A program made the position numbers and the translations under genes. The notes under the pieces were generated by a model, which was given only the letters and a program-made list of their open reading frames with translations, ran no database searches and had not been told where the DNA came from. Below, piece by piece: positions 1-13,652 of a stretch of 64,000 bases of DNA (the stretch's first letter is position 1; each line of letters opens with the position of its first letter). The DNA lies in the NCBI GenBank assembly GCA_030390025.1, contig CM059431.1, positions 159,404,001 to 159,468,000 on the forward strand, read 5' to 3'. The stretch is from Squalus acanthias. Taxonomy: Eukaryota.

Positions 1-3000
1 GCTAACCATGGCACTATGGTGCAGGAGCACATCCAAGTGGGGGAGTGACAGGGAATGTAGTTGTGCTAAGGGACAGTATATTCAGTGGTTTATAGATACT
101 GTTCTCCGCAGCCGCGACCGAGAGTTTCAAATGTTGTGTTGCCTGCCCGGTGCCAGGGTGAAAGACATCTCCTCGCGGCTGGAGAGGAACTTGGAATGGG
201 AGGGGGAGGATCCAGGTGTCGTTGTCTACGTAGAAATCATCAAAATAGGTAGAACTAGGAATGAGGTTCTGCTGAGGGAGTTTGAGGAGCTAGGCTCGAA
301 ATTAAAAAGCCGAATATCAAGTCAAAATATCTCTAGATCGTTACCTGAGCCACGTGCAAATTGACATAGGGACAAACAAATTAGAGGTTTAAATGCGTGG
401 CACAAAGAGTGGTGTGGAAGGAAGGGATTTCACTTCATGCGGCACTGGCACCAGTACTGGGGAAAGATGGAGGTGTTCCGTTGGGACTAGCTCCACTTAA
501 ACCAGACTGGGACCAAAGTTCTGGCGAACCGAATAGCAAGTGCAGTAGACAGGGCGTTAAACTAATGAAGGGGTGGGGGTGGGAGTTTGGAGGAAAGAAC
601 CAGTTTAAAAGCAGCGAGAGAAATGTCAAGGCTCTAGAGCAGAGTAGAGTTTTGGGTAAAAATCAGCAGAGTGGGTCAAGAAGGGACAGAGAGAGTAACC
701 AAGAAAATAAGGCATCAGTGACAAAGTGACATCGGGGAAAAATAGAAATCTGTCAATGCTGAAGGAGTGTGTTGGATAGTACTGGAGGGGAAGGTAGTGC
801 TGGAGGCGTAAGTATTACCATATTAGATAGGAGCAGACTAAGAAAGAGTAGGAAAGATTCAAAAATGGGTTTAAAATGCATGTACATAAATGCACAAAGT
901 GTGGTGAATAAAATTGGTGAGCTACAAGCACAATTAGCCGTTTGGTAACACAATGTTGTGGCAATAACGGAAACGTGGCTTAAAAATGGTGAGGACTGGG
1001 CATTAATATTCACGGGTTAAAGGTGTTCAGAAAAGATAGGGAAGAAAAAAAGGGAGGTGGGGTGGCAGTGCTGATTAAGAAAGACATTGGGCCATAAATT
1101 CGGCACTTGTCAGGTGAGTACGCGTTGTGTACTCACCGGTAAGGCCACCTGAAGTGCCGGGTTCCTGCATGCACAGCGCATGCGCGAGAAACCGGAACTT
1201 CCGTTCCCCTGGAGGGAGTGGTTCAGAAGTCGAACACGTGCGCGGGAGAGGCTGCGTGCACGCAGCGAAGTTTGATTTTTTTTCAGGCTTCTCCAGGAAG
1301 GTAAGTATGGAGAAGTTGCACTTTTAAAAAGGAGGCGCAAGGCCGGTTTTTAACAAGGTAAGTGTTTAATTAATTACAATTTAATCAGTTTTTCAACAGG
1401 TTTATCTTTTTTAGATACTTTAAAGAAAGGTATGTTTATTTTTAGTACCGTTAAAAAGTATAATTAATTTTCTCAAAAATTGAAATTTTTGTTTAAAGTA
1501 GTTAATTTGTGCAACCTATAGATATTTTAAAAATGTGATGTTTTTTTTTTATTTATTTGAAGTTTAAGTGTGGTTTTGGGGCCGATCTCTATTCATAGAT
1601 TTGACAGGTCCTGTCAAATCTATGAATGAAAATATCCTGCAAGGATTGGCTCTCCATGGCCCACGTGATCCCAGGGGACGCTTCGAACTAACTGCGCCCC
1701 TGGGATACGCAAGCACTGCGCGCAGGCAGCTGGAGGAGGCCCAGGACCCGAAGACCTCGTGGGCCCAAAGTACAACTGCAGGCATGGTAGTTAAGTACGT
1801 GCGTGATGCTTGCACCCGCAGGAGGCCGGAAAGCCGAATTTCTGGCCCTTTGTAGTGTTGGAAATCGAAGATGTTCTTCAGAGGATGAGACCAGAATCCA
1901 TTTGGTTAGAGTTGATGAGCAAAAAGGGTATTATCACGCTATTGGGGTATTCTACAGGCTTCCAAATAGTGAGAGGAAGGCAGAGGAGCAAATTTGCAGG
2001 GAAATCGCAGAGATATGCAAGAGCTATAGAGTGGTGCTATTGGGGGACTTTAGTTACCCACATAGCGATTGGAATAGTGCTCGGGTAAAGGGAAAGGAGG
2101 GGCTGGAATTTATGAAATGTGTTCCAGAGAATTTCCTTGACCAGTATGTTCTTGGCCCAACTAGGAAGGAGGCATTGCTGGATCATGTGCTGGGGAATGA
2201 GGTGGGCCAGGTCTGTGGGAGGACACTTGGGTAGGAATGATCATCATAACATAAGATTTAGATTAGCAATGGAAAGGAGCAAGAAGCAATCAAGGGTGGA
2301 ACATCTAAACTGGAATAGGGCTAACTTCAATGGGATGCGAAAGGATCTAGCCAGGGTAAAATGGAACCAAAGGCTGACAGGAAAAACAGTAACGGTACAA
2401 TGGGTGATCTTTAAGTAAGAGATATTCCAAGTACAGACTAGGTACATTCCGACAAGACGGAAGGGTAAGGGAACCAAAGCAAGGGCTTCTCGGATGACGA
2501 GGGAGATCGAGAAGATGTTGAAGCAAAAATAGAGGGTCTACGATTAATGTCAGGTGAATTCTTCAAGGGAGAATCAGACCAAATACAATAAGTTCAGAGA
2601 GAAAGTGAAGATGAAAATAAGATTGGCAAAGACAGAATATGAGAGTACAATTGTGGTTAACATAAAAGGGAACACAAGAATCTTCTACCGGCATGTAAAC
2701 ATTAAGTGGGTAGTAAGAGGCGGGGTGGGGCATATTCGGGACAAAGAAGGAGATATGTGCTTAGAGGCGCAGGGCAAGGCTAGAATACTCAATGAGTAAT
2801 TTGTATCGGTGTTTACTAAGGAGGTGGACGCTGACAAAATATCGGTATAAGTGGAAAAGGTAAAAGCAATGGAAGGGGGAAAATTGATAGACAGGATGTA
2901 CTAGAAATGCTGGATATGCTTAGAGTGGATAAGTCGCCTGGTCTCGAGGACTTGCATCCCAGGTTGCGAAGGGAATTGGGTGAGGAGATAGAAGAAGGGC

Positions 3001-4488
3001 TTGCCATAATTTTCCAATCTGCCCGAAATGCGACGGAGGTGGCTGAGAATTGGAATGTGGCAAATGTGACACGATTGTTCAATAAAGGGTGTAAGGACAA
3101 TCCTAGCAACTACAGGTGGGTCAGCTTAACATCAGTCGTGGGTAAAGTTTTAGAAACAATAATCAAGTAAAATTTAACGGGCACTTGGAGAGGTTTAAGC
3201 TAATTAAGGAGAGCAAAAAAGTATTTGTAAAAGGCAGATCGTGTTTGACTAATTAATAGAATTTTTTGATGAAGTAACAGGGAGGATTGATGAAGGGAAT
3301 GCAACGGATGTTGTCAACATGAATTTCAGGAAGGATTCTAACAAAGTACCACACAGAAGGCTAGTTAACAAAATTGAGGATCATAGAATAGGTGGGTCAG
3401 TGTCAACTTGGATAAGGAATTGGCTTAAGGACAGAAAAAAGCGAGTGGTGCTAAGTGGCTGTTTTTCAGACTGGAGGATGGTAGACAGTGATGTTCCCAA
3501 GGGTCAGTGCTGGGGCCTCTTTTTTTTTTATATACATAAATAACGTGTATATTGGAATACAGAGCAGAATTTCAAAATCTGCAGATGACACCAAACGTGG
3601 GCGTGTGGCAAACAGTGATGACGATATCAATTGACTGCAGCACGGCATGGAAAGGCTAGCAGAATGGGCAGACAAGTGGCAGATGGAATTTAATAAAGAG
3701 AAGTGTGAGGTGATGCATTTTGGCAGAAGCAACAGAGAGAATCAATATACTCTTAATGGCACAGTTTTGAAGCGTGTGCAGGGACAGAGGGCCCTGGGAG
3801 TTAATGTGCATAGGTGCCTGAAGGTGGTGGACATATTGAGAGAGTGTTTAGCAAAGCATATGGGATCTTGGGCTTCGTAAATAGAGGTCTTGAGTACAAT
3901 AGTAGAGAAGTTATGCTGAACTTTTATAAAGCGTTGCTTCGGCCACAACTGGAATATTGGTTCCAATTCTGGTCACCAAACTTTAGGAAGGATGTGAAGG
4001 CACTTGCGAGGGTGCAGCGGAGATTTACCAGGATGGTTCCATGGATGGGAGATTTTAGCTACAAGGACAGGTTGGAGAAGCTGGATTTGTTTTCATTGGA
4101 ACAAAGGAGGTTGAGAGGTGATTTGATAGAGGTGTACAAGATTATGACGGGTTCGGATAGGCTGCACGGGGAAGGGCTGTGCCTACTTGTTTATGGTACA
4201 GGAGTAGGGGACACAGATTTAAGGTGTTGGGCGAGAGGTATAGGGGGAATGTGAGGAAGAATATATTTTACGTAGCGACTGGTGAGGACCTGGAAATGGC
4301 TGCCGGCGGACGTGGTGGAAGCGGAAACACTCAATGTTTCAAGGGGTGGCTGGATCGGCACTTGAGGGCAATAAACTTGCAGGGTTACGGGGTAGAGCGG
4401 TGGAATGGGACTGACTGAATTGCTCTAAAGAGAGCCGGCACATACTCGATGGGCCGAATGGCCTCCTTCTGTGCCGTTAAGACTCTGT
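1..4488 (+). mobile_element. CR1-clade LINE (family A), decayed; ORF1 esterase part plus ORF2 endonuclease-RT
   Basis: ORF1 SGNH-like motif CCLPGARVKDI; endonuclease motifs (ITETWL, YRLPN, LLGDFSYP); RT fragments (DKSPG, NKVPHRRL, KWQMEFN, RPQLEY, RRLRGDLIEVYK); many stops and frameshifts; 3' end gatgggccgaatggcctcc with (gactctat)-type tail continuing at 5231-5250. Confidence 0.9.
1089..1848. mobile_element. Non-autonomous Harbinger-type MITE (family H1)
   Basis: TIRs gggccataaattcggc / gccgaatttctggccc (15/16 match); flanks ATT/TTT; the uninterrupted CR1 copy at ~28355 reads gaagacattgtag, consistent with a 3-bp TSD. Confidence 0.8.
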
Positions 4489-5230
4489 GGGCAGGATTTT
4501 GTCTTGGGGTCGGGTTGGGGTCGTGTCATCCGCATTTCATGTTCCCCCACCGACTCCAGATTAATGTGGATGAATGGTGCAATTTTCACTTAATTGGGCA
4601 ATTGAGTTCCAGCATGTGGGAACCCATGAACTAATTAGTGGTTTCAGTCTGAAAGTCGCCTCTGATGATGTCATAATTGCTGACTGCCTGGTCTCAGAGA
4701 CTGTCTGGCTGTTGGTGAGAGAGGACCGGGCTTTTGATGTGAGTGGACTTGGATGCAAAATGTGAAAGGAGAGAGAGAGAGACAGAGGGAGAGAATTTTA
4801 TTTGCATCCAATTCCTCTCACAGTCTCTGAAGCAACATCAGAGGCGACTTTCACACCTAATACTACTACTACCTTCATCACATCTCCGTTGTAATAGTGG
4901 AACTGCAGCTGACTATTAGCTATCCAGTTGTGCTCCCGCCAGGTTTCACTGGAGTGTTTCACATCAGGCGTATTTCACGTCGCAAAAGGGTTAAACTAGC
5001 TAAAACGTTTCAAAATGTTATTACAGAGCCAATTTAGGGCTTGTTAAGGGCTTTAATGGCTTCTCCCGCCTTTTGGAGGGGGGACGGAGTCGGGAACCCC
5101 ATGACTGATTTTGTCAAAATTGAGTGGAGGCGGGATGGAGTCGGGCTGGTGTCGGGACCCACGACCCCGCAAATTTAACCGCCAACACGCCTCCAAACAC
5201 GACTTCATTGGGTCATTCAAAATCCAGACC
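4489..5230. mobile_element. Non-autonomous Harbinger-type MITE (family H2) inserted in a CR1 tail
   Basis: Imperfect TIRs gggcaggatttt / aaaatccagacc; internal similarity to 15034-15300 and 19230-19528; the CR1 microsatellite tail resumes after 5230. Confidence 0.7.
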
Positions 5231-5266
5231 TATGAGTCTATAACTCTATGATTTAACCGGAATGCC

Positions 5267-8200
5267 TAGAAACATAGAAACATTGAAGATAGGAGCAGGA
5301 GTAGGCCATTCGGCACCTCAAGCCTGCTCCGCCATTCGATGAGATCATGGCTGATCATCCAAACTCAGTACCCTGTACCTGCCTTCTCCCCATATCCCTT
5401 GATACCTTTAGCTTTAAGAAATATAACTAACTCATTCATGAATATATTTAATGACTTGGCCTCAACTACCTTCTGTGGTAGAGAATTCCACAGGTTCACC
5501 ACTCTCTGGGTGAAGAAATTCTTCCTCATTTCTGTCCTAAATGGCTTACCCGTTATCCTTAGATTATGAACCCTGGTACTGGACTCTCCGAACATCAGGA
5601 ACATTCTTCCTGCATCTAGTTTGTCCAGACCTGTCAGAATTTTATATGTTTCGATGAGATCCCCTCTCATTCTTCAATACTCCAGCAAGTATGTGCCCAA
5701 TCGATGCAATCTCTCCTCATATGTCATTCCTGCCATCCCAGGTATCAGCCTTGTGAATCTTCGCTGAACTCCTTCCATGGCAAGAACATCCTTCCTCAGA
5801 TAAGGCGATCAAAACTGCCCACAGTACTCAAGGTGTGGTCTCACCAAATCTCTGTACAACTGCAGCAGGACATCCCTGTTCCTATACTCAAACCCTTTCG
5901 CTATGAAGGCCAGCCTACCATTTGCCTTCTTCACCGCCTGCTGCACCTGCATGCTTACTTTCAGCGACTAGTGCACAAGGACACCTAGGTCACGTTGCAC
6001 TTCCCCTTTCCCCAATCTATTGCCATTCAGATATTAGTCTGCCTTTCTGTTTTTGACACCAAAGTGGATAACCTCGCACTTATCCACGTTATATTGCATC
6101 TGCCACGCTTCTGCCCACTCACACAACCTGTGCAAATCATCCTGGAGTTTCTCGGTATCCTCTTCGCAGCATACAATCCCACCCAGCTTTGTTTCATCTG
6201 CAAACTTGGAGATATTACATTTAGTTCCCTTATCTAGAACATTAATATATATTGTGAATAGCTGGGGTCCAAGGACCGATCGCTGCGGTACACCACTAGT
6301 CAGAGCTTGCCACTCGGAAAAAGACCGATTAATTCCTAATCTCTGCTTTCTGTCTGCCAACCAGTTCTCTATCCAAGTCAACACCTTGCCCCCAATCCCA
6401 TGTGCCTTAACTTTACACGCTAATCTCTTATGCGGGACCTTATCAAAAGCCTTTTGGAAGTCCAAATAAACCACATCTACTGGTTCTCCATGATCTATTT
6501 TCCCAGTTACATCCTCAAAAAATTCCAGTAGATTAGTCAAGCATGATTTACCTCTTGTAAATCCATGTTGACTTTGTCCGATCCTGTCACTGTTTTTCAA
6601 GTGCACAGCTATTACATCCTTTATAATGGACTCTAACATTTTCCCCAATACCGATGTCAGGCTTACCGATCTGTAATTCCCCACTTTCTCTCTACCACCC
6701 TTTTTGAATAGTGGGGTAACTTTGGCTACCCTCCAATCCATGGGTACAGTTCCAGATTCCATCGAATGTTGGAAGATGATCAGCAATGCATCTACTATTT
6801 CTAGGGCCACTTCCTTAAGTACCCTAGGTAGTAGATTATCAGGCCCTGGGGATTTATCGACCTTCAATCCCGTCAATTTCCCTAACACCATTTCCCTACA
6901 AATACTGATTTCTTTCAGATCCTCCCTTTCATCAGACCGTATGTTCTCCAACTTCTCTGGGAGGTTATTTCTGTCCTCCTTTGTGAAGACAGAACCAAAA
7001 TATGCATTTAATTCGGTCAGCCATTTCTTTGTTCCCCATTATAACTTCGCCCGCTTCTGACTGCAAGGAACCTACACTTGATTTCACTAATCTTTTTCTC
7101 TTCACATATCTATAAAAGCTCTTACTGTCAGTTTTTATGTTCCCAGCAAGCTTACTTTCATATTCCATTTTCCCCTTCTTAATTAATCCCTTTGTCCTCC
7201 TTTGTTGAATCCTAAACTGCTCCCAATCCTCAGGGCTCCCGCTTTTACTGGCCAATGTAAAAGCCCTCTCCTTGGATCTTATGCTATCCCTAATTTCCCT
7301 TGTTAGCCACGGTTGAGTCACCCTTTTTGTTTTATTCTTATGCCACACTGGGATGATCAAATTCTGTAGTTCATCCATGCGGTCTTTAAATGTTTGCCAT
7401 TGCCTATCCACCGTCAACCCCTTGAGTGACATTCCTCAATCATTCCTACCCAATTCGCGCCTCATACCATCGTAGTTTCCTTTATTTAAATTCAGGACGC
7501 TTGTCTCTGATCCAACGACTTCGCTCTCCATCCTAATGAAGAATTCTATCATATTATGATCACTCTGACCCAAGGGGCCTCGTACAACAATATTGCTAAT
7601 TAATCCTTTCTCGTTACATAATACCCAGTCTAAGATGGGCTGATCTCTGGTTGGTTCCTCGACATATTGTTCCAGAAAACCATCTCGTAAACATTCTAGG
7701 AATTACTCCCCCACAGTATTTTTACTAATTTGGTTAGCCCAATCAATATGTAAATTTAAGTCACCCATGATGACTGCTGTGCCCTTACTGCATGCTTCTC
7801 TAATTTCCCTTTAAATGCCGTCCCCAACCTCTGTATTACTGTTTGGAGGACTATATACCACTCCCACTAACGTTTTCTGCCCCTTGTTATTTCTCAGTTC
7901 TACCCATACAAATTCCGCATCATCAGAGCTAATATCCTTCCTTTCAATTGTGTTAATCATCTCTTTAACCAGCAATGCTTCCCCACCTCCCTTGCTTTTT
8001 TGCCTATCTTTCCGAAATATTGATTAACCCTGGATGTTGAGTTTCCAGCCTTGGCCAACCTGGAGCCATGTTTCTGTAATCCCGATCAAATCGTATTCAT
8101 TTACCTCTTTTTGCGCAGCTAATTCATCCACCTTGTTCCGACTGCTCCTTGCATTAAGACACAAAGCCTTCAGGCTTGATTTTTTAACGCTCTCAGACCT

Positions 8201-9858
8201 ATATGAATTGTTATTTACTGTGACCATGTTTGATTTAAACCGTTGAGTTCTTTGCCTTCTACTTTTGTTTTTCTCCTTCCTGTCTTTAGCTTTTATCCTT
8301 GTTTCCCTTTCCTCTGTCTCGCTGCTCAGTTTCCCAACCACATGCCACTTTAGTTTTCACCCTTCCCAAAAGCACCAGCAAACACTCCCCGTGGGACATC
8401 GGGCACGGCCCTGCCCAGGTGCAGACCATCCCGTTTGTATTGGTCCCACCTCCCCCAGAACCGCTTCCAATGTCCAAGGAATTTGAATCCCTCCCCCTTG
8501 CACCATTCCTCTAGCCACGTATTCATTTGAAATATCCTCCTATTTCTACTCTGACTAGCACGTGGCACTGGTTGCAATCCTGAGATTAATACCTTTGAGG
8601 TCCTCTTTTTTAATTTACCTCCTAACTCCCTATATTCTGCTTTTAGGACCTCACCCGTTTTTTACCTATATCGCTGATGCCTATGTGCACCACGACAACT
8701 GGCTGCTCGCCCTCCCCCTCCAAAATGTTCTGTAGCCGCTCCGAGATGTCCTAGACCCTTGCACCAGTGTGGCAACACACCATCTTGGAGTCTCGATTGC
8801 GGCCGCAGAAACGCCAATCTATTCGCCTTACAATTAAATCCCCTATCACTATAGCTCTTCCACACTTTTACCTCCCAGCCTGTGCAGCAGAGCCACCCAT
8901 GATGCCAGGAAGTTGGCTGCTGCCGCGTTCCCCTGATAATTCATCCCCCCAACAGCATCCAAAGAGCTACACTTGTTTGAGAGGGGGATGGTCACAGGGG
9001 ACCCCTGCACTACCTGCCTGCAACTCTTACTCTGCCTGATGGTCACCCATTCACTTCCTGCCAGTACACCCTTTACCTGCGGTGTGACCAACTCGCTAAA
9101 CGTGTTATTCACGACGTTCTCAGCGTCGCGAATGCTCCAATATGCATCCATCCGCAGCTCCAGCGCCGCAATGCGGTCCGTCAGTAGCTGCAGCTGGATA
9201 CATTTCCCACACACATGGTCGTCAGGGACACAGGAAGTGTCCCTGATTCCCCACATATTGCAGGAGGAGCATATCACGGCACCGAGCTCTCCTGCCATGA
9301 ATTACCCTTTAATTAATTAATTAAAATTAAACTAATTGAATCCCACCAATTTCACTTCAATTAAATGATATACTCAAGGGCCCTTGCTTAACAGCAATCC
9401 CCGCTACAACACAGAGACTCTAGAAACTATAAACCACAGAATTTAAGGATGGAAAAAAGGAGAAAAAGAGAAATACTCACCAACCAATCACATACCTGCT
9501 CTCTGGTGACGTCACACTTTGATTATGTTCTACTACTCTCTCTCCTGCTCATGGGGCTCAGATTGGCCTACCTGCTCTCCATCCTCTTTTACACCCGCCG
9601 CCTCGCCGCTGTCGCTCCACCCAGGTCCGCCGCCTCTGTGGGCCTACCTGCTCGCCGCCTCTTTTACAGCCGCCGCCTCGCCGCTGTCACTCCACCCAGT
9701 CCGCCGCATCTGTGGGACTAGATGGTCGCCTACTCTTTTACAGCCGCCGCCTCGCTGCTGTCGCTCCACCCAGGTCCTCCGCCTTTGTGGGCCTACCTGG
9801 TCGCCGCCTCTTTTACAGCCGCCGTCTCGCCGCTGTCGCTCCACCCAGGTCTGCCGCA
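5267..9858 (-). mobile_element. Near full-length CR1 LINE (family B): 5' UTR, ORF1 zinc finger plus esterase, ORF2 EN-RT, disrupted
   Basis: ORF 8849-9298 has CSSC...CGKC; esterase fragments 8350-8865; EN CLNARS..ITETWL; RT ORF 6034-6951 (QHGF, YLDFQKAFDKV, GVPQ, FADET); (tgtttcta)n tail at ~5267-5285. Confidence 0.93.
9565..9858 (-). repeat. Tandem GC-rich ~75-bp monomers (about 4 copies) at the CR1 5' end
   Basis: ctcttttaca(g/c)ccgccg recurs at 9584, 9659, 9733 and 9808. Confidence 0.9.
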
Positions 9859-9859
9859 T

Positions 9860-12800
9860 GCAGCATTCGCAAAAAATAGATGAATGATTAGCGCAGATAG
9901 AAATTAACAGGTTTAATCTAATAGCCATAACGGAGACGTAGTTGCAAAGTGGCCAAGGTTGGGAATTAAATATTCCAAGATTGTTAACATTTAGAAGAGG
10001 TAGGCAAAATGGAAAAGGACGAGGGGTAGCCCTGATAATAATGGATGGGATGAAGAGAGTCGAGAGAAAGGATCTTAGCTCCGAAAATCAAGAAGAAAAA
10101 TCAGGTTGGGTGGCACTAACAATTGGCAAGGGGCAGAAAATATTGGTAGCAGTCGTTCATAGGCCCCCAAACAGTAGCTGTAATGTAGGGCACAGTATAA
10201 ATCAGGAAATTAGAAGCGCATGCAACAAGGATTATACAGAAATAATGGGGGACTTTAATATGAATATAGACTGGGCGAACCATATTTTGAGTAATAGTGT
10301 GGAGGACGTATTCATGGAATATATGCCAGGTAGTTTTCTAGATCAGTATGTTGAGGAGCCAACTGGGGAACAGGCTATTTTAGATCTGGAATTTTGCAAT
10401 GCCAAAGCTTTACTTAATAACCTTGTAATAAAAGGGCCTTTAGGGAAGAATGACCATGATACGATAGAATCTTATATTGAATTTGAAAGTGATTTAGTTA
10501 AATCGAAACTAGGGTCTAATTCTAAACAAAGCAAACTACGTAGTTATGAGGGACGAGTAGGTTCAGGTAGATTGGGAAATTATATTAAAAGGTATGATGA
10601 TAGATATACAATGGCTAGCATTTAAATTTTTAATACATTGTTTACAACAAATATACATTCCTTTAAGGCACCAAAACCCCGCGACAAAATTGATCTAATT
10701 ATGGTAACAAGAGAAGATAAAGATAGTATTAGATCAAAGGAAGAGACTTATAACGTTGCCAGAAAGAGCAGTAAGCCTGAGGATTGGGAGGATTTTAGAA
10801 TTCAGCAAAGGAGGACCAAGAAATTGATAAAGAAAGGGAAAATAGAATTGGAGAGTAAACTTGCGAGAGGCATAAAAACAGACTGTAAAAGCTTCTATAG
10901 GTATGTAAAAAGGAAAAAAATTGCAACAGTAAACCTGGGTCCCTTACAGGATGAGACAGGAGCAATTATACTGGGAATTAAGGAATTGGATGTGAAATTA
11001 AACAAATACTTTGTGTCTGTCTCCACGGAGGTAGACGCTAAAACCCCCCCTGAAATAGTGGAAAATCAAGTGTCTAGCGAGAATGAGGAACTGAAAGAAA
11101 TTATTTATAGTAAAAAAAGGTACTGGAGAAATTATTCGGACTGAAAGCCAATAAATTCCCTGGACCTGATGGCTCACATCCGAGGTTGCTGTAGAGATAG
11201 TGGATACATTGCTTGTCATTTTCCCAAATTCTAGATTCTGGAACGGATCTCGTGGATTTGAAGGAAACAAATGCAATCCCATTATTTAAGAAAGGAGGGA
11301 AAGAGAAAACGGGGAACTACAGAGAAGTTAGCCTGACATCAGTAGTCGGGAAAATTTTGGTTTCTATTATTAAGGATGTGGTGACAGGGCACTTAGAAAA
11401 TAGTTGTTGGATTGGGCAGAGTCAACACGGATTTATGAAAGGGAAATCGGGTTTAACGAATCTGTTAAGTGTTTTTTGAGGTTGTAACTAGCAGAATAGA
11501 TAAGGGGGAACCAGTTGATGTGGTGTATTTGGATTTTCAGAAGGCATTCGATAAGTTGCAAAACAAGAAGTTATTAAACAAAATTAGGGCGCATGTGATT
11601 GCGGGTAATATACTTGCATGGATTGAAGATTGGTTCACGGACAGAAAACAGAGAGTAGGAATAAACGGGTCATTTTCGTGTTGGCAGACTGTTACTAGTG
11701 GGGTACCGCAAGGATCATTGCTTGCGCCTCAGCTATTCACAATCTACATCAATGATTTGGATGAGGAGACCAAATGTAAGATACCCAAGTTTGCTGATGA
11801 CACAAAGCTGGGTGGGAAAGTAACTTGTGAGGAGGATGAAAGGAGGCTTCAAGGGGATATAGACTGGATAAGTGAGTGGGCAAGATTATGTCAAATGTAA
11901 TATAACGTGGAGAAATGTGAAGTTATCCACTTTGGTAGAAAAAATAGAAAGGCAGAGTAATTTTAAATCGTGAGAGATTGGGAAATGTTGTTGTTCATCG
12001 GGTCCTGGGTGTCCTTGTACACGAATCACTGAAAGTTAACATGCAGGTACAGTAAACATTTAGGAAAGCAAATTATATATATTCACAGAATCACAGAATC
12101 CCCACAATGCAGATAGAGGCCATTTCGGCCCATCGAGCCTGCATCCGACACATATCCCACCCTATCCCCGTAAACGCACGTATTTAATCCCCCTAACACT
12201 AAGGGTCAATTTATCATAGCCAAATCAACCTAACCTGCACATCTTTGGACTGTGGGAGGAAACCGGAGCACGCGGTGGAAACCCACGCAGACACGGGGAG
12301 AATGTGCAAACTCCACACAGACAGTCCCCCGTGGCCGGATTCGAACCTGAGTCCCTGGCGCTGTGAGGCAACAGTGCTAACCACTATGCCGCCGTGTTGG
12401 CCTTTATTACAAGAGGATTTGAGTATAAGTGCCAAGACGTCTTACTGCAATTATATAGGATCCTGTTTAGACCACACCTGGATTATTCGAAGAGTAAGAG
12501 GTGATCTCATTGAAACATACAAAATTCTTACAGGGCTTGACAGTGTAGATGTAGGGAGGATGTTTCCACTGGCTGGGGATTCTAGAACCAGGGGTCACTG
12601 ACTCAGAATAAGGGGTCGGCCATTTAGGACAGGGCTGAGGAGAAATGTCTTCATTCAGAGGGTGGTGAACCTTTGAAATTCTCTACCCCAGAGAGCTGTG
12701 GAGGTTCAGTCGTTGAGTATATTCAAGACAAAGATTCATAGATTTTTGAATATTAAGGGCAGCAAGGGAATTGGGGATAGTTCAGGAAAGTGGAGATGAG

Positions 12801-12896
12801 GTAGAAGATCAGTCATGATCTTATTCAATGGTGGAGCAGGCTCGTGGGACTAAATGGCCTAATCGTGCTCCTACTTTTTATGTTCTTATGTTCTTA
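9860..12896 (+). mobile_element. CR1 LINE (family C) ORF2, decayed, interrupted by a SINE
   Basis: EN (HRPPN, MGDFN) and RT (YLDFQKAFDK, GVPQGS, FADDTK) fragments; 3' tail (ttcttatg)n at ~12878-12896. Confidence 0.9.
12083..12393 (-). mobile_element. tRNA-derived V-domain SINE (HE1-like) with CR1-derived tail
   Basis: Minus strand A-box tggttagcactg and B-box ggttcgaatcc (12347-12337); V-domain-like ctgtgtggagtttgcacattctccccgtgtctgcgtgggtttcc; tail gatgggccgaaatggcctc..(gattctgt)n. Confidence 0.85.
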
Positions 12897-12911
12897 GATG
12901 GAAAATTACTC

Positions 12912-13095
12912 GTCTAGAAATTCATCTCGGTTCGTGGCAAAAAGCGGGGTTATCGGATCGGCCGCCCGTTATACGCCGTGCCTGATATTCAGTTCCATTG
13001 ATTGCAATAGAGCTGAATATCAGCCGCTGCGAATAACTGGCGGCCGATCTCATACCGCCCGTTTGTTGACGCCGCCCGAAACCAATTTCTGAGCC
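12912..13095. mobile_element. Short palindromic MITE (family P)
   Basis: Ends ctagaaattcatctcgg / ccgaaaccaatttctg; self-complementary interior; related copies at 22386-22731 and 48988-49143. Confidence 0.65.
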
Positions 13096-13305
13096 AGGAT
13101 TTCCTGTGATGGGGAGTCCAGAACAAGGGCATAAACTTAAAATTAGAACTCGGTCGCTCAGGGGTGATTTCAGAAAGCATTTATTTACACAAAGCGTAGT
13201 GGGAATCTCAAACACTCTACAACAAAAAGCTATTAAGTCTTGGTCAATTGAAAAATAAAAACTGATATTGATAGATATTTTATAGTCAACTACATTACAG
13301 GTTAG
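13096..13305 (+). mobile_element. Short CR1 3' fragment
   Basis: tttcctgtgatggggagtccagaacaagggcataaactt...ttcagaaagcatttattt resembles the CR1 RT C-terminal region. Confidence 0.55.
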
Positions 13306-13652
13306 GGTGAGAGACGTTCCTCTCTTGGTCCCATTGTTATCTTTCGAATCTTAGTCAAAGAATCGTTGCAATGGCGTGTATTCCCACTCTTACATCGTTA
13401 CCTCTGGAGTCCCCCAATGATCTATCATTGGTCCTCTTCTATTTCACCTCTACGTGCTTCCCCTTGGCAGCCTCATCTGAAAACACAATGTCACGTTACA
13501 CATGTACGCTGACGATGCACATCTCTACCTCACCACCTAATCTATCGTCCCCTCCATTTGCCCTGATGAGTCACAATCCTTATGCTACATGCAGTACTGG
13601 ATGAGCAGAAACTTACTACAACTAAATATTTTGAATACATGAGCCAATCATT

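Noticed and set aside
4665..4700. ctgatga motif (also ~15207) as a hammerhead
   Set aside because: No stem followed by GAAA downstream; lies within MITE H2
9565..9858. Regularly spaced repeats as a CRISPR array
   Set aside because: Contiguous tandem units without unique spacers; eukaryotic context; no cas genes
12330..12393. tRNA gene
   Set aside because: A and B boxes belong to the SINE head; no full cloverleaf
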